Of a stretch of 64,000 nucleotides of DNA, positions 14,736 to 28,126 are shown piece after piece. This stretch comes from Eledone cirrhosa (Eukaryota), in contig OZ024760.1 in assembly GCA_964016885.1 (NCBI GenBank), positions 372,001 to 436,000 on the forward strand, read 5' to 3'. Below the pieces are notes generated by a model. The model ran no database searches. It saw only the letters and a list, made by a program, of their open reading frames with translations, and was not told the origin of the DNA. The position numbers and the translations under genes are program-made. Position 1 is the stretch's first letter; every line of letters begins with the position of its first letter.

Positions 14736-14884
14736 CAGGGCCGTCTTAACGCATGGGCACGCTGGGCAGTTGCCCGGGGGGCCCCTTGTATTTTTATTCC
14801 TGTGAGTGGTTGTGTAGGTAGGGGCCCCAGTGCTCTGCTTTGCCCGGGGGGGGGGGGGTCTATAATGCTGTTAAGACGGGCCTG
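14736..14884. mobile_element. hAT-like MITE
   Basis: TIRs cagggccgtcttaac / gttaagacgggcctg; imperfect 8-bp flanks atctaagt / gtgtaagt. Confidence 0.75.
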
Positions 14885-14920
14885 GTGTAAGTATATTAAT
14901 ATATATATATATATCATCAG

Positions 14921-14971
14921 GGCTTCCTGATGATTTCTCCCGAATGAAACAGTTCTAGTCCTGTAGAAGCC
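14921..14971 (+). ncRNA. Type I hammerhead ribozyme (family B), PLE-pLTR-like
   Basis: ggcttc-CTGATGA-tttctcccgaat-GAAACAG-ttctagtc-CTGTA-gaagcc: 6-bp stem I, intact core, 4-bp stem III, GUA triplet; element continues to about 15055 between (TA)n tracts. Confidence 0.8.
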
Positions 14972-15052
14972 ATTTCTGTATTAAATATTTATACTCTGCC
15001 ATGTTGTGAGTACCTTACTTACTGTGGTTACCCCCGATTGAACCCGGGATAA

Positions 15053-15125
<73 letters not shown>

Positions 15126-15129
<4 letters not shown>

Positions 15130-15223
15130 GATGTCCCCAAAAATGTATACACACTTTGATTACCTGTACAGACAATATTTATTAGAATGCTGTTGAAGAG
15201 TGTAAGCATTTTTGGGGGACATC
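15126..15223. mobile_element. Tc1/mariner-like MITE
   Basis: Imperfect TIRs gatgtccccaaaaatg / catttttgggggacatc, in TA context. Confidence 0.65.
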
Positions 15224-15599
15224 TTATATATATATATATATATACATATAAACCAAGATGGATTCAATTAGAACATGGTTAGCCCATTACTCACCAGAGT
15301 ACTCGATACTTGGGGTATTAGAGTAAGGTTTTATGAATGAGCCAGGATTCATATATATATGTATATATATATATATATATACACGGTGCAGTGCGAGGTA
15401 AAAAAATAAACACACCAGTATAAACACAGCAGAGAGCTATGCTTTGAACTATACAAGCTAGATGTTAATTCAAATGTTTATAGTCTTTATAAGAATGAAT
15501 AGATCTTTTGTTTCATGTTAGTAGAACAGGAAGATTAGCTGTTTAATGAACACAACCACAAGGATACGCTCCGAACGTGGAAGAGCCGAACTCCCACTG

Positions 15600-16970
15600 T
15601 CATCGCTTGAGGGGTTACATTATTTACAATATAAGCAATAGAGAGCTTGGTTTAAATGTTTTAAGTTCTAAAAAGTAAAAAGCTGGAATGACATACTCTA
15701 CAATATAAACATTAAAGAACTAGGATCAAATGCTTTACATTATAAATAGTTGAGAGCTAGGATCAAACGCGTTACGGTAAAAACAGTAGAGGGCTGGGAC
15801 GATATGCTCTATACGATAAACATTAAAGAACTAAAGTCAACTGCTTTACACTTTAAATAGTAGAGAACTAGGATCATACGCTTTACAGTAGAGAGATAGT
15901 ATCGTGTGATTTGCCATATAAAATGTACATTAATTGATTTAATGCTTTACAGTACAAACAACAGAGAGGTGAGATCAAATGCGTAAGACTATAATCAGTA
16001 AAGGGTTGCGATCAAACGGCATAACGCTGTGATCCAGTGCTATGCAATATAAATACCAGAGAACCGGGTATCAAATACGTCACAATATAAACAGAAAGCT
16101 TGGATCAAATATTTTATAATATTTAGCGCAGGATACTGAGATCAAATTATTTACTATATAACCGGTAGAGAACTGAAATCAAATTCATTAGAACATAACC
16201 AATTAATCGAGGGATTAAATACTTTAGCGCAGCAGTCTTTAACCTTTTTCTATCGCGACACCCACTGGGTGTTTGAAATTCCATTCCGCACTCCTAGGTC
16301 TAGAACACAAGACAAAAGAACTTGAATTTTCAGGTCACATTATCAATTACTAGCTGCTACTATTTAATTAATTAACTACTAAGATCAATGAATACAAAGT
16401 TTTGAAAATAATTGTTTCTACTTTTGGAACAAGGCTAGCAATTATCCCAACGCATTACTGGTACATTATTTTATCGACCCCAATCAAAATATTTTAATAT
16501 CTAATGTGACTTCTTCTCTGCACCCCAAGAACTGAATCTCGCACCCGAGATTAAGAACCACTGCTTTAGAGTACAAAGCGCTGTGATCTTGGATCAAATA
16601 CTTTGCTGTATCAATAGAGGAAAGCAGTGATCAAATCTTTGCAGTATAAACGCTAGATTGATGAAATGTTTTACAATATCTAGCGTAGGATGCTGAGAGC
16701 AAATTATTTACTATATAACTATTGTAGTATAGAGCTTGAATCAAATCAATTAGAACATAAACAATTTTAATCGAGGGATTAAATACTTTTGAGAATAAAG
16801 ATCTGGGATCTGGGATCAAGTATCAAATGCTTTGCTGTATCAACGAAAAAAAAAAACAGTGGTCAAATCTTTGCAGTATAAACGCCAGATTGATAGTATG
16901 AAATGTTTCACAATGTGTAGAGCAGAATGCTGGATCAAATATTCTGCAGTGTAAATAAATGAATTCTAGA
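15600..16970. repeat. Old degenerate tandem repeat, unit about 35-40 bp
   Basis: Recurrent ggatcaaatgctttac.....taaa.a...gag.gct motif. Confidence 0.7.
16230..16563. mobile_element. hAT (Charlie-like) MITE with nested SINE fragment
   Basis: Ends cagcagtctttaacc / gattaagaaccactg; 8-bp flanks ctttagcg / ctttagag; SINE piece at about 16410-16480. Confidence 0.65.
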
Positions 16971-17239
16971 GTAATAATACTTTGCAATATAATGTTATAG
17001 TTTCAAGTTGTAACATATGCTCTCAGATAAACTTCCCAAATAAGTACAACACTGATATGTTTATCTTTTATATTCCTTATTATTTCTATATTATATTATT
17101 TTATTATTATTCACCATTAATAATTATCATATATGTTATTGGAGATGTTTGCATAGATAATTGAATAAAATTTTACCAATACACATGCATACATCGTTAA
17201 ATGTACGTGTCGCCAGTCAAACCATTTATAACATGGTAC

Positions 17240-17285
<46 letters not shown>

Positions 17286-17287
17286 AA

Positions 17288-17367
<80 letters not shown>

Positions 17368-17465
17368 CATATATGTGTGTGTATAGATTTACACGAAAGT
17401 GTTTGCATATATATACATATATATATATGTGTGTGTGTGTATAAATTTACACGAAAGTGTTTGTA

Positions 17466-17516
<51 letters not shown>

Positions 17517-17684
17517 GAGGGGTGTTTAACACACTTCCTATATTTACCGGAAAAGGAAAGAAAATAAACGAAACTTCAACAGGAACCACAAAAGACACAA
17601 CATGTGGCCATTTTAGAAACAGATTGTCTCGGACAAACTTCACCAATATCTGATGACACAAGACTTCCCAGCTCTTCACTTCAA

Positions 17685-17722
<38 letters not shown>

Positions 17723-17723
17723 T

Positions 17724-17789
<66 letters not shown>

Positions 17790-17841
17790 CTTTCTTTCTC
17801 TATATATCTATCTGTCAGTCTGTCAGTCTGTCTCTCTCACG

Positions 17842-17909
<68 letters not shown>

Positions 17910-18042
17910 GTGTATCTATCTGTGAGTTTATCTGTCTTTCCCACTCACTCTATCCATCTCTCTCTCTCACTCTATCCATCTCTCTCTCTCTCTCACTCTA
18001 TCCTTCTATCTACCTAAATATCTACTTAACTATCAACGTATG

Positions 18043-18087
<45 letters not shown>

Positions 18088-18160
18088 GGATATGGATAGA
18101 TAGATAATTAGATAGCTGTCTATCTGTCTGTCAGTTTGTCCGTCTGTCTACGTGTCTATT

Positions 18161-18190
<30 letters not shown>

Positions 18191-18191
<1 letters not shown>

Positions 18192-18402
18192 GAACAAGTA
18201 TGACCCCGACGGCAGAGCTCAAGCAGTTTCGACGGCTAATTCTGGACTAATTCTGGACTAATTGAGTCCAGAATTAGCCGTCGAAACGGCTTGAGCTCTG
18301 CCGTCGGGGTCATACTTGTTCCTATTACCCACTCTACTACCCTAAGTATTGAGTACTTTGGTGCGTTACGGTCCATCTGGCTCCTTACCACATTTCCTTC
18401 GT

Positions 18403-18403
<1 letters not shown>
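18191..18403 (+). mobile_element. Family-A fold-back element containing the 3' half of a hammerhead
   Basis: Inverted arms 18191-18250 / 18265-18322 plus unique tail; GAAACGGC-ttgagctct-GCCGTC-ggggtc; flanked by (TA)n. Confidence 0.8.
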
Positions 18404-18441
<38 letters not shown>

Positions 18442-18446
18442 GTCTT

Positions 18447-18479
<33 letters not shown>

Positions 18480-18491
18480 TTATATATATGT

Positions 18492-18537
<46 letters not shown>

Positions 18538-18822
18538 TAACACCCACACAGACACACAGACACCCCCACCCCACACACAAATATGCAATAGTGTGTGTAA
18601 TACAGCAATAAACCCGTTTCAAATGAAACATGATGTCTTTGGGAACTTTACATTTCCAAGCAAACTTCAAGCAACTCATGTGAAAACTACGTCAAAAACA
18701 ATAATAAATACAGAAGAAAAAACTAAAACACGGTCGTTTTTTTCAATACAATATTAGTAAAAGTAAAGCTGTTCCTTGTCTCTCCCCTTCTCATTCTCTC
18801 TCTCTCTCTCTCATTATCTCTC

Positions 18823-18882
<60 letters not shown>

Positions 18883-18904
18883 TATATATACATACATACA
18901 CATA

Positions 18905-18950
<46 letters not shown>

Positions 18951-19585
18951 TGTTTATATGTTTGTATATATGTGTATATACATGCATGTATGTATGTATG
19001 TATATACATGCATATATATATATATATACATATGCATACACATATACACACATATATGCATACATATATACATACATATATATATGCATACACAAACATA
19101 CACACATATATATAGAGATATATAATTCAATATAATAAAGAGAGATAAATACATATATACATGTATATACATATATATGTTTAAATATACATGTGTGTGT
19201 GTGTGTGTATGTATACATAAACATTTACAACAAAATGAAAACCAACAGGGACGTGTGCTTTTACTGGTAGCATGACTCTCCCAAAGTATAACAATATATA
19301 TATACACACATATATATATATACACACATATATATATATATATATACAGACATATATATATACATATTCATTTGTATGTGTGTGTATCTATATATATGTA
19401 TATTTATGGATGTATTTATATGGGTATATTGGTGCCCCAGCATGGCCTCAGCTGGATGGCTGGAACAGGTAAAAGAGTAAAAGAGTATATATATGTATAT
19501 ATATATATATTTATGAATGTATATATATATATTTATGAATGTATATATAGGGATATATAAATATATATATACATATATATATATA

Positions 19586-19766
19586 GTTTCTACTTTTGAC
19601 ACAAGGCCAGCAATTATCCCAGTGTATTACTGGTACTTTATTTTATCGACCCCGTAAGGATGAAAGGCAAAGTTAACCTCGGCGGGATTTGAACTCAGAC
19701 CATAAAGGGCCGTAACTCTTTGCTGCAAAGCATGGCGTCCGACCCTCTACCGATACTGCCAATCCA
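19586..19766 (-). mobile_element. tRNA-derived Meta-like SINE
   Basis: Near full-length copy; reverse A box (ccgatactgcca) and B box (gggatttgaactc). Confidence 0.88.
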
Positions 19767-19869
19767 TATATCCACATATCCATATATATATATATATATC
19801 CACATATATATATATATATACATACATAAATACATATATATACATAAACATATAAATAATGTATTTATG

Positions 19870-19904
<35 letters not shown>

Positions 19905-19913
19905 TAGAGAGAG

Positions 19914-19946
<33 letters not shown>

Positions 19947-20139
19947 TCCGTTTATATTTATATGTGTGGGTGTGAGTGTAAAGTTTTAGTTTATGCTTTG
20001 CTAGCTTTTTACTTTTAATTTCGTAAACGATCTGTTGCGAATGCGAAAACAAAGAATGTCAGATTGTGTATGTGTGTGTGTGTATGTACGTGTGTGTGTG
20101 TGTGTGTGTGTGTGTCTGCGTGCGTGTGTGTGTGTGTGT

Positions 20140-20180
<41 letters not shown>

Positions 20181-20239
20181 TATGTGTGTGTGTATGTGCA
20201 AGTGGAGCTGCAAATGCATGCTTCTGTGGAAGTGTATGC

Positions 20240-20288
<49 letters not shown>

Positions 20289-20542
20289 AATAAATATATC
20301 CTATACTACTACTACAAATGATAATAATAATTCTTTGTAATACACACATACTTGTGTTTGTGTGTGCCTATACACACAAACACACACACACACATACATA
20401 TATATATATACACAAGTGTATATATATATATTTATATATATATCTGTATATATATATATATATGCAAGTATATATATATATTTATATATATATATATATA
20501 TACAAGTATATATATATATTTTATATATATATATATATACAA

Positions 20543-20648
<106 letters not shown>

Positions 20649-20694
20649 ATATATACAAGTATATATATATATTTATATATATATATATATACAA

Positions 20695-20796
<102 letters not shown>

Positions 20797-20807
20797 ATAT
20801 ATACAAG

Positions 20808-20949
<142 letters not shown>

Positions 20950-21179
20950 GCGGAGAGAAGTGAGAAATATTCGCTAGAATGTGTCTGCTATGCTGTAATG
21001 ATACGGTGTAAGTCACGTTTCACTGAAGAAGCCAGATCACGTGGTGTAAACTTAGACTTAATAGGTGGCGCTGTTTTTAAATATGAGAATTCTTCAGCCA
21101 ATACGTTTTTAGTTGTTTTCTTTCTTTTCTATTTCAAACAAGTTTATTGCTATATTCACTACTGCATGCTTAAGTATAT

Positions 21180-21316
<137 letters not shown>

Positions 21317-21425
21317 CATATATATATATAACATATATATATATAACATATATATATATAACATATATATATATATAACATATATATATAACATATATAT
21401 ATATATATATAAAACATATATATAT

Positions 21426-21486
<61 letters not shown>

Positions 21487-21490
21487 ATAT

Positions 21491-21571
<81 letters not shown>

Positions 21572-22057
21572 TAATATATATTACATATATATATATATAT
21601 AACATATATATGTATTTATATATATATATATATATATATAACATATATATATATATATATAACATATATATATATATATATATATAACATATATATATAA
21701 ATATATAACATATATATATAACATATAACATATAACATATATATATAAATATATAACATATATATGTATATAACATATAACATATATATATATATATAAC
21801 ATATATATATAAATATATAACATATATATATAACATATAACATATATATAAATATATAACATATATATGTATATAACATATAACATATATATATATAAAT
21901 ATATATATATAACATATATATATAAAACATATTACATATATATATAAATATATATATATATAACATATATATATAAATATATAACATATATATATAAATA
22001 TATAACATATATATATATATAAAATATTTACCTCTGCGTTCACAGATTGATTTTTTT

Positions 22058-22108
22058 AGTTTCAGAAGATCCCGTTAAGGGTGAAAGCAGAATTTCTTTG
22101 CTTAAACT
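22058..22108 (+). ncRNA. Putative type I hammerhead ribozyme (family C), U4A core variant
   Basis: agttt-CAGAAGA-tcccgttaagggt-GAAAGCA-gaatttctt-TGCTT-aaact; distal acagatt/aatctgt extension; second copy at 43501; tail shared with 41595-41680. Confidence 0.62.
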
Positions 22109-22331
22109 TTAATCTGTTATTTTAATAAATATTTGCTCTACGGTTCTTATATATTTGATATATTTATCCTTATCGAGCCCTCTTTGGATTTTAGTCTTCA
22201 ATTTTATTATTATTACTATATATATAACATATATATATAAATATATAATATATATATATAACATATATATATATATATAACATATATATATATATATATA
22301 TATATAACATATATATATATACATGCGCGCG

Positions 22332-22363
<32 letters not shown>

Positions 22364-22396
22364 CACGCGCTCGCACACACACACATATATATATAT

Positions 22397-22512
22397 CTAG
22401 GGCGGGTAAAATTCCCGAGATCCATGGACGAGTTCTCTCCAGCGGTCTCTGTTCCTCATCATCGCTGCCATGTCCTGCGTCTCCAACAGACCAGTGTCTG
22501 TCCTTAGGGCAT

Positions 22513-22514
<2 letters not shown>
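22397..22514 (-). mobile_element. RTE-like LINE extreme 3' fragment (second family)
   Basis: DALRTDTGLLETQDMAAMMRNRDRWRELV resembles the RTE C-terminal 'DR..WR' motif; embedded in microsatellite. Confidence 0.6.
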
Positions 22515-22546
<32 letters not shown>

Positions 22547-22584
22547 GACACAAACACACGCACTCTGACTCACACACACATATA

Positions 22585-22664
22585 TTGGGTCGTCTAGTAT
22601 GATATTTGTAGAACTTTATTAAAAAAACAACAGATTTCTACAAATTTCATACGTGACGACCCAA
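22585..22664. mobile_element. Short mariner-like MITE
   Basis: TIRs ttgggtcgtc..gtatga.atttgtagaa / ttctacaaatttcatac..gacgacccaa. Confidence 0.7.
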
Positions 22665-22877
22665 CACACGCACACACTCACACTCACACACACTCACACT
22701 CACACACACTCACACTCACACGCGCACACACACACACATGTATGTGTATATATATATATAAAGCAAAGCTGACTTCACCGGGATTTGAATTCGAAAGCGC
22801 AAGACGAGACAGAAAGGAGAGATCGATAGGGGTAGTGAAAGACAGGTGGAATGAAAGGGAGGTTTATATATATATAT

Positions 22878-22921
<44 letters not shown>

Positions 22922-22971
22922 GAGTGAGGGGGGGGGGGAATAGAAAGGAAATGTACGATGTTATCTGCAAT

Positions 22972-23616
22972 GACTATTTCGAATTTAAGGGACAAGGCCA
23001 ACAATTTGGGAAGAGGAGGGTGAAAGCTGATTATATCGGCCCCAGTATTTGACAGGTACTTTATTTTATCGGCCCATGAAGAGCAAAGCAGGCCTAAGCC
23101 AGATGGTAAAGATACTGAACCAAATACTGTGAAGCATTTTGTCCGGCGCTCTACGGATTCTGCCAATAATCCACTACCCTTTGTTATCTGTAGTAATTGT
23201 TTCTACTTTTGTCACAAGGCCAGCAATTATAACCAGTACATTACTGGTACTTTATTTTATCCACCCCGTAAGGATGGAAGGCAAAGTTAAACTCGGCGGG
23301 ATTTGAATTCAGGACGTAAAGGGCCGTAACTCTATGGTAAAGCATGGCGCCGACCCTCTACCGATACTGCCAATCCACCACCCCTTTGCTCTCGGTAATA
23401 ATGGTTTCTGATCTAGGCACAAGGCCACCAATTTGGGGGAAGGGGAAAGTCGATTAAACCGACCCCAGTGCGTGACTGGTACTTTATTTTATCGACCCCG
23501 TAAGTATGAAAGGCAAAGTTAACCTCAGCTGGATTTGAAATCAGAATGTAAAGGGCCATAACTCTATGCTACAAAGCATGGCGTCAGACCCTCTACCGAT
23601 TCTGCCAAGCCGCCAC
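22972..23616 (-). mobile_element. Three tandem Meta-like SINE copies
   Basis: Copies at about 22972-23170, 23194-23382 and 23398-23616, all in the same orientation. Confidence 0.85.
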
Positions 23617-23949
23617 CCCTTTGCTGTCTGTAATAATAATTATAATAGAAATAAAATAAAATGAAATAGTAAAAAAAAAAAAAAAAATGTTTTTCATTTC
23701 AAAATTTATTTATCAGATGAGGTGGTGGCTGCGGCGTGGAGTAGGGACATTTATTTACCAGCAGGGGTAGGAAACTGTATCGTTAAGGTCATAAATTCCT
23801 CCTCTGCCCTTATTGGTTTTCCAATGTTACAGTTAACAATTTACAGATGTCGTCTGGCAACTTCTCTATATTTCCATTGACTTGACATTACAGTGTTTGG
23901 CTGGAAATCGGGATTCTGGGACAAATCTCACACCATCTTTATTTACTAC

Positions 23950-23998
23950 TTTCTCTCTTTCTCTCGTTTTTCTTTCTTTCTTTCGTTCTTTCTTTCGT

Positions 23999-24033
<35 letters not shown>

Positions 24034-24113
24034 CGTTTTTCTTTTGTTCTTTCGTTCTTTCTTTCTCGTTTTTCTTTTGTTCTTTCGTTCTTTCTTTCTC
24101 GTTTTTCTTTTGT

Positions 24114-24161
<48 letters not shown>

Positions 24162-24165
24162 TTTT

Positions 24166-24197
<32 letters not shown>

Positions 24198-24233
24198 TTG
24201 TTCTTTCGTTCTTTCTTTCTTTCTTTCTTTCGT

Positions 24234-24268
<35 letters not shown>

Positions 24269-24290
24269 CGTTTTTCTTTTGTTCTTTCGT

Positions 24291-24334
<44 letters not shown>

Positions 24335-24338
24335 TTTT

Positions 24339-24386
<48 letters not shown>

Positions 24387-24440
24387 TCATTCTTTCATTC
24401 TTTCGTTCTTTCTTTCTCTCATTCTTTCGTTCTTTCTTTC
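23950..24440. repeat. (TTTC)n microsatellite
   Basis: Direct observation. Confidence 0.95.
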
Positions 24441-24572
24441 AACTCCAGGTAGAAGGAGCAACGTGAAATAAAGTGTCTTGCTCAAGGACATAACGCATCG
24501 GCCGATCCGGGAATCAAACTCACAACTTCACGATTGCGAATCCAATTCTCTAACCACTCAGCCACACGCCTT
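24441..24572 (-). mobile_element. CORE-type tRNA-SINE
   Basis: Reverse strand reads ggcgtgtggctgagtggttaga (A box)...gagtttgattccc (B box)...tgtccttgagcaagacactttatttcac. Confidence 0.75.
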
Positions 24573-24589
24573 CACATCTAAGTCATCTT

Positions 24590-24685
24590 AGTGGCTAAGG
24601 AGTTTGATTAGCAATCATGAGGTTGCGAGTTCAATTCTCGGATCGGGTGATGCGTTGTGTCCTTGAGCAAGACACTTTATTTCAG
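24590..24685 (+). mobile_element. CORE-type tRNA-SINE, head-to-head with the previous copy
   Basis: gtggctaagg...gagttcaattctc...gtgtccttgagcaagacactttatttc. Confidence 0.75.
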
Positions 24686-24939
24686 GCTGTTCCTTCTGCC
24701 AGGAGTTGCGACCGTGGAAATACCAATGGAAACATTGTTTCCTCGGTCCAATTGATGAAGTCCACCCTACTCGGCAAGCGAATGAGGTCTGGGATCTTGT
24801 CGACCGATCAGAGCAAACGATGCTACGCAGTTAGTGGAATTGAAAGGTCACGGGGACCCCTAATGGGGGCGAAGCGGTCTTCATAACCATTTGGCCACGC
24901 TGTGTCTATGGAATATTAAAGATCTAGAACATGAACAAC

Positions 24940-25610
24940 ATCAACTTCATCAACAACAGCTACAACAACAAAAACAGTAGCGACAACAGCATCAAAAACA
25001 ACAGTCATAACAACAAGAGGGGTAACAACAGCTACAACAACAAAAACAGTAGCGACAACAGCATCAAAAACAACAGTCATAACAACAAGAGGGGTAACAA
25101 CAACTACAACAACAAAAACGGTAGCGACAACAGCATCAAAAACAACAGTCATAACAACAAGAGGGGTAACAACAACTACAACAACAAAAACAGTAGCGAC
25201 AACAGCATCAAAAACAACAGTCATAACAACAAGAGGAGCAACAACAACTACAACAACAAAAACAGTAGCGACAACAACATCAAAAACAACAGTCATAACA
25301 ACAAGAGGAGCAACAACAAAAACAACAACGGTAGCAACAACACGGGACAATAACAACAACAAAAACAGCAACAACTACAACAGCAACAAGAACAATAACA
25401 ACAGTCATAACAACAACAACAGCAAAAACGGTCAACAACAGCAACAGTAACAGCAACAACAGCCATAACAACAACTGCAACAACGCCAGCAACAAGAACA
25501 ACAGCAGCAGGAACAAGGTCAACAACAACAAAGGCAGCAGCAACAACAACGCCAACAACAACAACAGCAACAAGAAAAACAACAACAACAACATATACCA
25601 TTACAACCAT
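24940..25610. repeat. AAC-derived minisatellite, unit about 63 bp
   Basis: Repeated aacagtagcgacaacagcatcaaaaacaacagtcataacaacaagagg. Confidence 0.9.
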
Positions 25611-25759
25611 GACACCTATACATAAAAGTTATTCAATTGCAACCAGGAAATCTAGGAACCAGGAAATCGCAACAAATTCTGTGAAAATCTGAAATGCCTC
25701 ATTAAATTCGATATTGAAATTTGAATCGCAATATACATACATACATTATATATATATAT

Positions 25760-25943
25760 ATATATAGTAGGATTTGTGGCGTATATATATATATAGTGGG
25801 ATTTGTGGCGTATATATATATATAGTGGGATTTGTGGCGTATATATATATATATAGTGGGATTTGTGGCGTATATATATATATATATATATATATAGTGG
25901 GATTTGTGACGTATATATATATATATATAGTGGGATTTGTGGC

Positions 25944-25979
<36 letters not shown>

Positions 25980-25990
25980 GGATTTGTGGC

Positions 25991-26048
<58 letters not shown>

Positions 26049-26060
26049 GGATTTGTGGCG
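25760..26060. repeat. Tandem gtgggatttgtggcg units separated by variable (TA)n
   Basis: About 8 copies seen directly. Confidence 0.9.
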
Positions 26061-26355
26061 ACTTTTGTTTCTTTGTTGATTTTTTTGTCTGTTATTTTTT
26101 TTTGAAAGATATTCTCCTGAGAAAAAATATTCTTCTACTTCGAGATCAAAGAAGTTTGAAAGATTTCATTTCTGTATGTTGTGGTTATTGTGGTTGTTGG
26201 TGTTGTTGTAGACCGCCATGTGTGGTAAATCAATCATATATACAGCAACAACAACAACACCAGCAATAGAAACATCAAATAAAAATTTTAAATGGGATAA
26301 AATAACGCATGTATAATGATGCCAATAAAAGGGATGCTGATTATATATATATATT

Positions 26356-27705
26356 TCTTCTTCTTCTTCTTCGTCCATTTATTCCAGCGAGGGTCGTGGG
26401 GGCAGAGTCCTCAGACATTCCTTCCAGTGAGTCCTGTCAGAAGCAACCGTCTCCAACTGATCCGGCTGGATGCCCAAACATGACCAAACAAGCTAATGGA
26501 TGTTATCCAACCATTTTGCTCGGAGTCTACTCCTTGGTCTCCTGCTGGTTGGTTTTTCCCGTAAAATATGTCCAGCGAATCTTTCCTGAGACATTCTAAC
26601 GACATACCCATAGTATCGGAGCTGTGATCTCTCAATTCAGAGAAGTAGCGGCTCTACCTGGAGTGACTCTCCAGCGATTCTTTCCTGAGACATTCTAACG
26701 ACATACCCATAATATCGGAGCTGTGATCTCTCAATTCAGAGAAGTAGCGGCTCTACCTGGAGTGACTCTCCAGCGATTCTTTCCTGAGACATTCTAACGA
26801 CATACCCATAATATCGGAGCTGTGATCTCTCAATTCAGGGAAGTAGCGGCTCTACCTGGAGTGACTCTCCAGCGATTCTTTCCTGAGACATTCTAACGAC
26901 ATACCCATAATATCGGAGCTGTGATCTCTCAATTCAGAGAAGTAGCGGCTCTACCTGGAGTGACTCTCCAGCGATTATTTCCTGAGACATTCTAACGACA
27001 TATCCATAATATCGGAGCTGTGATCTCTCAATTCAGAGAAGTAGCGGCTCTACCTGGAGTGACTCTCCAGCGATTCTTTCCTGAGACATTCTAACGACAT
27101 ACCCATAGTATCGGAGCTGTGATCTCTCAATTCAGAGAAGTAGCGGCTCTACCTGGAGTGACTCTCCAGCGATTCTTTCCTGAGACATTCTAACGACATA
27201 CCCATACTATCGGAGCTGTGATCTCTCAATTCAGAGAAGTAGCAGCTCTTACTGGAGTGACTCTTTGATCTCGGAGTTACGTACTTTATCGAGTAACGTT
27301 ACTCCAAAGACGCTTTGGAGGAATCTTATTTCAGCCGCTTGTAGTCACGATCATATTCTTTCGGTCATTACTAAAGAGTCATAACCATATGTAAGGGTTG
27401 GCAGGAATGCTGAATTGAAGACAGCGAGTTTGGCTTTTAAGCATACCTCCCTTCTTCCGATTACTGAATGCTGAAGCTGGCACATTACTGCACCAGCCTT
27501 TGCAGTTCCTGCACTTAACTCAGCTTCCTGCCTTCCATCTCTCGTGAACATAGCCACGAGATACTTGAAATTCTCTACCTGCTTCAGTGGAACTCCATTC
27601 ACATGTAGAGTGCACTGCGCAGGCTTCCTTGAGAGGACGAATGCCTCAGTTTTTGCAGCACTGATTTTCATTCCAGCCATGCTACATACGGCTTCAAACT
27701 TATCA
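26356..27705 (-). mobile_element. RTE-clade LINE 3' fragment with 7 x 99-bp internal tandem array
   Basis: ORF 27351-27680 has GMKISAAKTE...LKQVENFKYL (RT C-terminal/thumb region)...PTLTYG; (GAA)n tail at 26356-26372; same family as 9437-10102. Confidence 0.88.
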
Positions 27706-27719
27706 GTGCATACATATAA

Positions 27720-27941
27720 TGATTTCTAGAATAGGCACAAGGGCAGTAATTTTTTTTTTTTGGGGGGGGGGGGGGGGGGGCTCGATTAAATCGACCCCAG
27801 TGCGTAACTGGTACTTTATTTTATCGACCCCGTAAGGATGAAAGGCAAAGTTAACCTCGGCGGGATTTGAACAACTCAGACCGTAACTCTATGCTGCAAA
27901 GCATGGTGTCCGACCCTCAACCGATTCTGCCAATCCACCGC
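27720..27941 (-). mobile_element. Meta-like SINE
   Basis: Core and reversed A/B boxes. Confidence 0.85.
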
Positions 27942-28126
27942 TCTACAGGGCATACAAATAATACAAAGAGTTCAAGCACCAAAATCCAGAGAAAACTCGA
28001 TAACATTTATACATATGAAATAATTTATATATAACTTTTGTAAATCCTTATTATTTGAACCTACAACATCATAAACGTGAAGCCAACCTCATAACCATTA
28101 CGTTCACTTCTATTTCATTTATTTCA

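Noticed and set aside
21021-21060. ctgaagaagcc...ggtgtaaac as a hammerhead
   Set aside because: GAAA box and cleavage triplet are not recoverable and there is no stem I; too degenerate to call.
25760-27264. CRISPR-like appearance of the 15-mer array and the 99-bp array
   Set aside because: Spacers are pure (TA)n or absent, there are no cas genes, the context is eukaryotic, and the 99-mer is RTE-derived.
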